64,000 nucleotides of DNA, taken from NCBI GenBank assembly GCA_963805085.1, contig CAWDTA010000002.1:672001-736000 (forward strand), given 5' to 3'. This DNA is from an uncultured Veillonellaceae bacterium. Its GTDB lineage: Bacteria; Bacillota; Negativicutes; JARBTT01. Each line of letters starts with the position of its first letter. Position 1 is the stretch's first letter. Both the position numbers and the translations under genes were made by a program. Shown in pieces: positions 36,853-44,954 of this stretch. The notes beneath the pieces are model-generated. The model saw nothing but the letters and a program-made list of their open reading frames with translations, ran no database searches and was not told the DNA's origin.

Positions 36853-37613
36853 AAGCTTTCCAAATCCATGTTGACGACAGTCTCGTTATTCGCGCTATCT
36901 GGCGTATATTGGCACCATCAACTTCTTTCAGGGCTCTCAATATGTGATCTTGTTTTTCCCTCATTTCATTACAAATTTTTATCGCATCAATGCCGAATTG
37001 ATGTCTGACCATTTGTCGAAGATGGACATCACTCACATTTACTTTAACTTCCGGAATTTCCATACAGACATCGCTGTTCGTTTCCCGTAAAAACTGTACA
37101 AATCGTCCAATCGCTTCATCAGGTTTGTCAGAAAACATGTTTAAGGCATATTCCTTGTCAACGATTTGTGCGCCCTCTATATATTCACTATAACTACTCC
37201 ATTTATAAGCCTCTATATCGCTTGCGATTTTTGCCTTTATCGGGTTCTGGTGAATATAGCGCAGAACTTTCAAAAAATAGCTGTCTGTTTCTATAGCTTC
37301 GCTTTTAAATCTCTCTTAAAATAAATGACCGCATCGTTCATGCTTACGATTATACCATATAACGTAGCTTGAACTAACTCGTTGTATCATCATACTAATA
37401 GACTCTTGGGTTTCTTGTACCAAGATGTGTATATGGTTATCCATTAAACAATAGGCAAAAATTCGACATTGGCTGATTTCTTTGTATTTTGTGAGGTCTT
37501 CGATTAATTTCAGTCGATCTTCATCATCTTCAAAAAATGCTTTGCCGATTGATCCCGCGTAATATAATATGATATATTCCACTGTTACTTTTTTCTCTTG
37601 CTTTTCTTGCCAA
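36851..37613 (-). pseudogene. HUH/Y1 REP-associated tyrosine transposase (RAYT-like, IS200/IS605 superfamily), disrupted
   Basis: TTG GCA AGA AAA..YHIILRGINRQ, YCLMDNHIH (HUH), GHLF*ERFKS, RYIHQNP; +1 frameshift in the T6 run at ~37532-37537 and a TAA at 37316-37318. Confidence 0.88.
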
Positions 37614-37654
37614 TTTCCTCACCTCTGAGAAAGTTATATCATTTCGCTTATGCC

Positions 37655-37681
37655 GAAACAATGTCCCTGTCCCCATGTTTT
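37655..37681. repeat. REP-like end of RAYT-like element 1 (upstream)
   Basis: Reverse complement AAAACA-TGGGGACAGGGACAT-TGTTTC. Confidence 0.6.
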
Positions 37682-38066
37682 ACGCTTAAAAAGCTAAGTT
37701 ATCAATAAAACCGACAACTCAGCAAAAGACGAATCGCAAGGAAGGTTTAAAACTTCCTGAGATTAAACAATGAGCATTTCTTTATACTAGTTAGGATTCG
37801 TCTAAATTACTTTTGGTGAAAAGTTTTATTTTATAACTCAGCTAGTTTGGTTTAATCAAACTGATGCTAGACAAAAAGACCCGGTACATTGTCTTTAGAT
37901 AAGTGTTTTCTGCAATCTATAAGTGAATATATTTCTCTTTATCTAAATCTCTTTTATAATGTAGTTTATTTTTAGACTCATGTCGCTCAATGCTTTATTA
38001 ATCCTATATTAAGGCAATTTTTACATGTTATACATTTTTTTATATTAATTATATTTTTTATGAAAA

Positions 38067-38095
38067 TTGACACAATATTCCACAAAGGATATAAT
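38067..38095 (+). promoter_or_regulatory. consensus sigma-A promoter of the glycosyltransferase
   Basis: TTGACA-17-TATAAT. Confidence 0.8.
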
Positions 38096-38158
38096 TTAGT
38101 TGTAGTATATGAGCACATAATATTTCATAACTAAAATATTAAAAAGGTGGTTTTGTAT

Positions 38159-39478
38159 ATGGCATTACAAGAGTGTAAAAAATATAGGATATTAATTGCT
38201 CCAGAAGTAGAAGATTTAGCAGAAACACATCGAATGACAAGTTTTGCTAAGGCTTTTAAAAAGTTAGGGCATGAAGTCATAGTATTAGGAAGAGGAAGGT
38301 ATGATTATCTTTTTGCTGATGAAGGCTTTCAAAGAGTGTACATTGATTATGATGAAGAATGGATGGATGATGAAAAATTTAGAAAGATGCACACTCTTGA
38401 TAAATATGGATGGGATTTTCTTACAGAAAGTGAATTAAAGAAGTTTGTACAGCTAGAGGTGGAGCTCTTAACGGAGTTGAAGCCGGCAGTGGTTATCACT
38501 GGTTTTAGACCTACCATGAGCATATCAACTAAATTAGTAGGACTTCCTCTGGTTTGGGTTCTATCCGCCGTTTGTTCAGACATGTATTATGAGAATGGGT
38601 TAGCAACGCCATTAATGCTAACAAATGAAAAGACTTCTGAGTTAAAAAATTTTCCTCAAAAACATGAAAGGTTTATTACAAATAAAGTTGACTATTTGCC
38701 ATATAAGTTTTCTTCATGGAATAAGGTGATGAAAGAAATGAAGTTAGATAACTTTAGCAGTGCTGTTAACATTGTTAGAGGAGACTTTAACTTGATGTCA
38801 GATGCACCTGAGCTTTTTCCAGAATTTCAAAATATACCACCTTATTATGGTTTTTGTGGACCAATTTTGATGGAACATAATATAGACATGCCTGACTCAA
38901 TAAAAAAATACAAAAAAGTATCTGGACGACCTATAATATTTTTTGCAATGGGCTCATCAGGTGATCCTGAAATATTTAAGTCTATTATTGCTGGATTTAA
39001 AGATCAACCTTATGATGTATTTGCTGCATTAACAAATATTATTAGTAAAGAGGAGATACCATATATTCCTCCAAATGTGGTAGTTGAGAAATTTTATCCT
39101 GCGTTTGAAGTGACCGTGATGGCTGATGTGGCTGTAATACATGGAGGCCAAGGTACAGTCTATACAACCACAATGGCCGGTACACCTTTTGTTGGAATTC
39201 CTATGTTTACTGAACAGCAGTATAATCTTGAAAATCTTGCTAGGAAAGGCTGTGGCATTGTATTATCAAGATATAATCTTAGTTCAGAGATTTTAAATAA
39301 ATCAATTAATCAAATACTTAATAACAAAGAATTTAAAAATAATAGTTCAAAAGTTCAAAATGAAATCATCAAGTATAAAATAGATGAAAATTTCTATTCA
39401 CCGATGATAGGAGCTAAGCAAGTTATCAAATTTTTAAATAATAAAGTAGATTCTTATTTTAAAGTAAATGCACTATAA
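38159..39478 (+). CDS. GT-B glycosyltransferase, GT1/MGT-like
   Basis: LAETHR N-terminal motif, FAMGSSG, IHGGQGT..GTPFVGIPMFTEQ sugar-nucleotide motif; ATG 38159 preferred to GTG 38147. Confidence 0.85.
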   Translation: MALQECKKYRILIAPEVEDLAETHRMTSFAKAFKKLGHEVIVLGRGRYDYLFADEGFQRVYIDYDEEWMDDEKFRKMHTLDKYGWDFLTESELKKFVQLEVELLTELKPAVVITGFRPTMSISTKLVGLPLVWVLSAVCSDMYYENGLATPLMLTNEKTSELKNFPQKHERFITNKVDYLPYKFSSWNKVMKEMKLDNFSSAVNIVRGDFNLMSDAPELFPEFQNIPPYYGFCGPILMEHNIDMPDSIKKYKKVSGRPIIFFAMGSSGDPEIFKSIIAGFKDQPYDVFAALTNIISKEEIPYIPPNVVVEKFYPAFEVTVMADVAVIHGGQGTVYTTTMAGTPFVGIPMFTEQQYNLENLARKGCGIVLSRYNLSSEILNKSINQILNNKEFKNNSSKVQNEIIKYKIDENFYSPMIGAKQVIKFLNNKVDSYFKVNAL

Positions 39479-39625
39479 TTTTTCTGTTTTTCACAAATTA
39501 ATTTATGAATATATATAGTGTCATATACTATCTGTTTTCATTAATTTGTAAACTGAGACTAAGCCACCCTTCATTATATTTACAGATTGTTACTGCAATA
39601 CTTTAAAATATATATTCTGTGTTTG

Positions 39626-39915
39626 TCAAATGAGTTGGCGTAAAAATTTTAAAAAATCATTTTGGTCACTCTTTTTTATTTTCCAACGGAAGGCATGATA
39701 CATAACAATTGCTTCCATAGTATGAACAACCTGCGATGAAGACGTTGCACCAGCGATAATATTAGCAATATGCTGATTTAATGGTCGAGAAAAGTAGAGA
39801 GGTAAATGCAATATTCAATTAAAATTGTGAATTGTTGAATCATCTATTAAAATAAATGTACGAGGCATAGACTCACTTCTTTGTTTAGATTTGTGTGGTA
39901 ACTTATTCTATATCA
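39626..39915 (-). mobile_element. transposase N-terminal remnant, IS701-like
   Basis: ATG at ~39868 reads MPRTFILIDDSTIHNFN*ILHLPLYFSRPLNQHIANII, recalled resemblance to clostridial IS701-type N-termini; AGACTCAC..GTGAGTCT repeat around the start. Confidence 0.4.
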
Positions 39916-40062
39916 TAGTTGTGAGTCTTTTGTCTCTATTTATTTTTACTGGAATTAAATGAAATAAAATTTAATTGTTTATAATTGTAAAAAACAAAGC
40001 AACTAAAATGGTATAATTAAACTAAAATTAATTAATTTGAAAAATCGCGGAGGAATTTTAAA

Positions 40063-40926
40063 ATGATTAAATTAATTGCATCTGATATGGATGGAACGTT
40101 ACTAGGAACAAATCAAAAAATATCAAAGGAAAATATAGAAGCTATAAAAGCAGCACAAGAAAAAGGAATTGACTTTGCTATTGTAACTGGCAGAGCATAC
40201 GCAGATGTTAAACCTTTCTTAGATGAGTATGGTTTGAAATGTCAATGTGTTGTACTAAATGGCGGGGAATACAGGGATATTGCAGGAAAAATAGTTGTAG
40301 GGAGTTATATTAATAAAAGAATAGCAACTGAAATTTTAAATATAATAGCAAAGTATGATATAATTGTTGAAATATATACGGATGATGGATATTATACAAT
40401 AAATACAAAGGAAGAAACAGTAAAAGGGATGATAAAAAGAGCAAAAATTTTTTGCCCAGATCTTACAGATTTTGATGAAATTTATCAAGAAGCTATTAAT
40501 CATCCTCAGTTTGTTAAGATGCAGTACATAACAAATTTGAATGAGTTCTTAAAAAGTGATTTGAATATAGGCAAATTTGTTTTTTTTGCAGAGTCGATTG
40601 ATGAAATCAATGCAATCAAGCAAGCCTTAAATGTATTGCACGGACTCGCTATATCTTCAAGTCTTCCTACGAATATTGAAGTGAATGATGTTAGTGTTAC
40701 CAAAGGACGTATATTAGTTAAAGTTGCTGAAAAAATGGGGATAAGCAAAGAAGAAGTAGCCGTTTTAGGTGATAGTTCTAATGATTATTCTATGTTCGTA
40801 GAGTTTCCAAATTCATTTGCTATGGAAAATGCAATACCCGAAATAAAAAAGGTTGCAAAATACATAACTACTAGCAATGCCGAACATGGTGTAGCAAAGG
40901 CAATCTATCGTATATTGGATCTTTAA
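40063..40926 (+). CDS. Cof-type HAD IIB hydrolase
   Basis: SDMDGTLL, VTGR, NGG, TKG, GDSSNDYSM, AMENA. Confidence 0.92.
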   Translation: MIKLIASDMDGTLLGTNQKISKENIEAIKAAQEKGIDFAIVTGRAYADVKPFLDEYGLKCQCVVLNGGEYRDIAGKIVVGSYINKRIATEILNIIAKYDIIVEIYTDDGYYTINTKEETVKGMIKRAKIFCPDLTDFDEIYQEAINHPQFVKMQYITNLNEFLKSDLNIGKFVFFAESIDEINAIKQALNVLHGLAISSSLPTNIEVNDVSVTKGRILVKVAEKMGISKEEVAVLGDSSNDYSMFVEFPNSFAMENAIPEIKKVAKYITTSNAEHGVAKAIYRILDL

Positions 40927-40965
40927 TAGATAGGATAGAACGTATGCCAATTAGAGTTTGCGCAA

Positions 40966-41593
40966 TGGGACAAGGGGACAGGTTTGCTGTCCCACTGATA
41001 AAAGAGAATAAAGAATCAATAGACCAAGTGATAAAACGAATTAGTAGTAGCTATGTATATTGGTATAATCAAAAATATCAACGGTGTGGGCATTTGTTTC
41101 AAGAGCGATATAAGAGTGAAGTTGTCGAGACAGATGCATATTTTCTTATGGTTTTGAGATACATTCATCAGAATCCGGTAAAAGCAGGAATTACCAAAAA
41201 TGTAGGTAGATATTTGTGGAGTAGTTATCATAATTATGTCGGTATACCAGGTATTACAGATATAGAGTTTGCGTTAGAAAATTTTTCGAGTGACAAAGCA
41301 GCGGCGACAAAATTATTTATAGAGTATACAAATGAAAACAATGCAGATGAATGTTTGGGTTGTAGAGAAAAAGTGATTGTATCCGATCAGAAAATAATGA
41401 AATATTTAAGTGAAATGGGAATAACAACGATTAGTCAATTGCAACGATTAAATAAAGAGCAACGGGATAATGTAATCCGAAAGATAAAAGAAAAGGATGG
41501 CATTACGATAAGGCAATTAGCAAGGATAACTGGAATTTCTAAAAGTGTAATTGATAGATTGTAGTGGGACAACAAACCTGTCCCTTTGTCCCA
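40966..41593 (+). mobile_element. 5'-truncated RAYT-like transposase bounded by 31-bp inverted REP-like repeats
   Basis: TGGGACAAGGGGACAGGTTTGCTGTCCCACT / AGTGGGACAACAAACCTGTCCCTTTGTCCCA; interior LIKE..YVYWYN..GHLFQERYKS..RYIHQNP but no HUH motif. Confidence 0.85.
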
Positions 41594-41616
41594 ATTTCAC
41601 CCCAACTAAATCAACA

Positions 41617-41695
41617 AAAGACGAATACTAATTGCTTTAAGCCCTACTAGCAATTAGTATTCGTCTTTATTTCTTTTATCGAAAAATTTTATTTT
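41617..41695 (-). terminator. terminator of the aldehyde dehydrogenase-pucR unit (repeat partner of 35586-35663)
   Basis: AAAGACGAATACTAATTGCT..AGCAATTAGTATTCGTCTTT 20-bp hairpin just downstream of the pucR stop. Confidence 0.75.
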
Positions 41696-41714
41696 ATCAC
41701 TTAATCGTTTTTAT

Positions 41715-42950
41715 CTACTCATGCATTAAAAAACCAAACTTCATTTGTTTCCCGACGATCACACCCAATTGCAATGTCAACCGATCATAGGGATTGGTTA
41801 GTTTTTTTCCGGTGATTTCTTCAACTTTCTTTAACCGATAATCGAGGGTATTGCGGTGTAAAAATAGGCGTTTTGCGGTTCTGACGACATTGCCATTTTC
41901 CTCAAAATACACAAATAAGCTGAGAACCAGATCCATTTTATATTTACGATCATATTCATTGAGCGGTTCGATAACCTCTTCATAATATTCTTTTAATTGT
42001 TCATTCGGTATTTCAAATAATAATTTATAAATTCCTAACTGCTCATACTCGTAAACAGACTTTACCGTTGCCGTAGACTCTGCTAACCACAACGCTTTAT
42101 TGCCTTGCATATAGCTACGCCTAACATCGCGCAAAGTTTTTGCTGTCCCGCCCAAGCTTGCCACAATGCCATATCTAGGAAATCTCGCATTTAATTTTTC
42201 AATAATTTCTGATACAAATACAAAATTACTTTGCTGTTTTGTCGTCTTAGCATCTGTTGGTAACAATAAAACTACTTTATCCATCCATAACGTTACCAGC
42301 AATTTTTTTCCTTGCATAACTAAAATATCACGAACAAGCTGCTCTAATTGCGTTTTTAAGGCAACGATAGCAAATTCGTCTTTGATCTCTTCTTCTTGAA
42401 CGTAATTTTCTAAATTTGCTGGGCTAAAAATTACGACTTGCTGTGGTTTTGATAAATCATAGCCATAGACCCCAGCACGCTCTACTAGATTTGGAGCATC
42501 CTCAACTGGTTGTAATAATAATTGTTCAAAAAAATGATAAATCAAATGTTTTTCCGTTTGCTTCAATACGATATAACTACAAATATCTTGCGTAACTTCA
42601 ACAAGTTTTACTTCCCACGGCAATTCAAATACAGGAAAATTTGCCGCATCGGCAATCTGGATAACTTCATCAGGAATTTTCTTGATATACGGTCCTACAT
42701 TGATGATAATCCCCGCAATATTTTTATGAATTAAGCCTTGCACAAGCGTTGTTAAACCGCGCATATCACCATTTAAAGCAATGCCTGTAATAATGAGCAA
42801 TTCTCCACCCTGTACCCACGGAAGCACATCGGGCAAATCAATAAAATGTACCCATCTTACTTGATGATACAGACCATCTTTTCCCCCTACAATCTTTAAC
42901 TTTGCTAATGAATGTAGATTGATAATTTCACGGCAACTAACCATATGCAA
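41715..42950 (-). CDS. PucR/CdaR-family transcriptional regulator
   Basis: N-terminal VRWVH..WVQGGELLIITG domain, C-terminal LFLHRNTLDYRLKK HTH. Confidence 0.9.
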   Translation of the reverse strand: MHMVSCREIINLHSLAKLKIVGGKDGLYHQVRWVHFIDLPDVLPWVQGGELLIITGIALNGDMRGLTTLVQGLIHKNIAGIIINVGPYIKKIPDEVIQIADAANFPVFELPWEVKLVEVTQDICSYIVLKQTEKHLIYHFFEQLLLQPVEDAPNLVERAGVYGYDLSKPQQVVIFSPANLENYVQEEEIKDEFAIVALKTQLEQLVRDILVMQGKKLLVTLWMDKVVLLLPTDAKTTKQQSNFVFVSEIIEKLNARFPRYGIVASLGGTAKTLRDVRRSYMQGNKALWLAESTATVKSVYEYEQLGIYKLLFEIPNEQLKEYYEEVIEPLNEYDRKYKMDLVLSLFVYFEENGNVVRTAKRLFLHRNTLDYRLKKVEEITGKKLTNPYDRLTLQLGVIVGKQMKFGFLMHE

Positions 42951-42971
42951 GACTCCTTTTAAGACTGATTC

Positions 42972-44390
42972 CTACAAATTGAAAACAATTAATTTCTCTT
43001 CAGTCATTTCTTTTACTGCGTAGGCAGGCCCTTCACGACCAATCCCACTTTCTTTTACGCCACCATAAGGCATGTTATCCATCCGGAATGTTGCACCATC
43101 ATTGATAATCACACCGCCAACTTCCAATTTTTCCACGCAAAGATGTACAATATCAAGCGCATTGGTAAATACCCCTGCTTGCAGTCCATAAATGGAATCA
43201 TTGACCTGGGCGATAGCGCCCTCAATATCATTATAAGGGATAATCGAGAATACTGGTGCAAAAATTTCTTTGCAGATCACTTTCATCTCAGATTTTGTAT
43301 TGGTTAAAATTGTTGGTCTCAGCCAAACTCCCTCACGTGTGCCACCTGTCAAAATTTTTGCGCCTGCATTGACAGCTTCATCAACCCATTCTTGGGCACG
43401 AATTGCTTCTCTTTCACTAATCATTGGGCCTACATCTGTTTTTAAATCTGCAGGATCACCAAAAATCATTTTTTCGGTAAACGCGACTGCTTGCCCGCAA
43501 AACTCTTCATAAATATCCTGATGTACATAGACTCTTTGACAAGAAATACAAACTTGACCAGCGTTAACGAACGCATATTTTGCACAAAGTTCGGCAACTT
43601 TTTGTACATCAGCGTCTTTATGCACGATATTCGCCGAATTGGAACCAAGCTCTAAGGCTACCCGGCGAAAGCCAGCTGCTTTCAATAGACCTTTGCCGAC
43701 CGCCGGGCTGCCAGTAAAGCTATATAAACGAATCCGTTGTTCTTCAGTTAACAATGCCCCTAAACTAGAACCTGAACCTGTAAGCAGGTTCAAATACCCT
43801 GCTGGTAAACCTGCTTCGCTAAAGATCTCGCAAAGTAGTACCGCGGATATTGGTGTGGTAGTTGCTGGTTTATAAATAACAGCATTTCCCGCAGCCAAGG
43901 CTGGTCCGAGTTTATGGCAAGCTAAATTCAATGGGAAATTAAATGGGGTAATCGCACAGACAATGCCAAGTGGCACACGCTTTGTATAGGCCAAACGATT
44001 TTCACAGTTCGGTGCGCCTTGAATCGGTACCATTTCTCCGGTCATGCTTTTCGCTTCTTCTGCCGACAGAATCAACGTTTGTTTCGCTCTTGATACCTCC
44101 GCCATCGCATCTTTCATCGGTTTGCCTACTTCAATGCAAAGTGCTGTAGCAACTTCCGCTTGTCTCTCCATTAAAAGATTACTTGCCTTCATCAGTATTT
44201 CATAACGGCGATATGGGGCAATTTTTTCTGCTTTTAAGGCTTTTTCAGCTGCATCCACAGCTGCTGTTACCTCTTGCTTTTCGGCAATGGAAATCGTCGC
44301 CGCTACCTTGCCAGTTGCTTTATTAAACACTTCACATGTTTTTTCTGTTTCTAGCCATTTTCCATCAATAAATAAACCATATTTCTTCAT
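42972..44390 (-). CDS. NAD(P)-dependent aldehyde dehydrogenase, probable succinate-semialdehyde dehydrogenase
   Basis: ITPFNFP, FTGS, ELGSNS, catalytic GQVCIS, EIFAP, PYGGVKESG; substrate inferred from gabT/PucR context. Confidence 0.85.
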   Translation of the reverse strand: MKKYGLFIDGKWLETEKTCEVFNKATGKVAATISIAEKQEVTAAVDAAEKALKAEKIAPYRRYEILMKASNLLMERQAEVATALCIEVGKPMKDAMAEVSRAKQTLILSAEEAKSMTGEMVPIQGAPNCENRLAYTKRVPLGIVCAITPFNFPLNLACHKLGPALAAGNAVIYKPATTTPISAVLLCEIFSEAGLPAGYLNLLTGSGSSLGALLTEEQRIRLYSFTGSPAVGKGLLKAAGFRRVALELGSNSANIVHKDADVQKVAELCAKYAFVNAGQVCISCQRVYVHQDIYEEFCGQAVAFTEKMIFGDPADLKTDVGPMISEREAIRAQEWVDEAVNAGAKILTGGTREGVWLRPTILTNTKSEMKVICKEIFAPVFSIIPYNDIEGAIAQVNDSIYGLQAGVFTNALDIVHLCVEKLEVGGVIINDGATFRMDNMPYGGVKESGIGREGPAYAVKEMTEEKLIVFNL

Positions 44391-44450
44391 TACACTATCT
44401 CCTTTTTACAATAAATATATGCTCGCTTGATTTTTGCTTTTGGGGATAAT

Positions 44451-44493
44451 AAAAAAGATCGCAGTCATCCTTAACTTACGATCTACCTTGATC
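44451..44493 (-). promoter_or_regulatory. leader terminator overlapped by an ANTAR-like hexaloop hairpin (aldehyde dehydrogenase)
   Basis: GATC-AAGGTA-GATC overlaps AGATCGTAAGTTA..TGACTGCGATCT-TTTTT. Confidence 0.55.
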
Positions 44494-44542
44494 TTTTTTC
44501 TTTATAAAAGTGTGTTCCAAAAACACACAACAATAAAATTCA

Positions 44543-44663
44543 AGAGACTGTTACAAGATGCCCAAATGCTAGGCAGGGCGAGAACACGAGGGCGTACGAT
44601 GTAGTACGTTGAGCGAGTGCTCGCAGGATGAGCAACGCAGATGGGTATTTTGTAACAGTCTCT
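44543..44663 (+). repeat. structured repeat (copy 2 of 3), MITE-like
   Basis: 22-bp terminal stem AGAGACTGTTACAAGATGCCCA / TGGGTATTTTGTAACAGTCTCT with two G-U pairs; inner GCGTA..TACGTTGAG and GCAACGCAGATG. Confidence 0.7.
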
Positions 44664-44835
44664 ATTATAGCTTTAGAATACCAGTATCTATGGGTAGAGT
44701 CAATAAACTTCCTTCGGCATATTTCACAATAAATATAACCTATTTTAGGATTTTTTTATATTTCATCACAATCATTTTATTTGCTAAGCAGTACGCACAG
44801 GATTGTCTCAGCCAACTGCGTTTATGGTCTACTAC

Positions 44836-44864
44836 TTGACACAAGGTAGTCTTTTTGTGATAAT
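44836..44864 (+). promoter_or_regulatory. sigma-A promoter
   Basis: TTGACA-17-GATAAT with an extended TG. Confidence 0.6.
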
Positions 44865-44954
44865 GGCAAGAATACTAGCCGCTATATAAACATACACATT
44901 ACATACTATAATGAAACAAACTTATCTTGATATTTCCAGAGGAGGCAAGCAAAA

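Noticed and set aside
40944-40996. ATG 40944 as a true transposase start
   Set aside because: It reads through the REP, and the product lacks the N-terminal and HUH motifs
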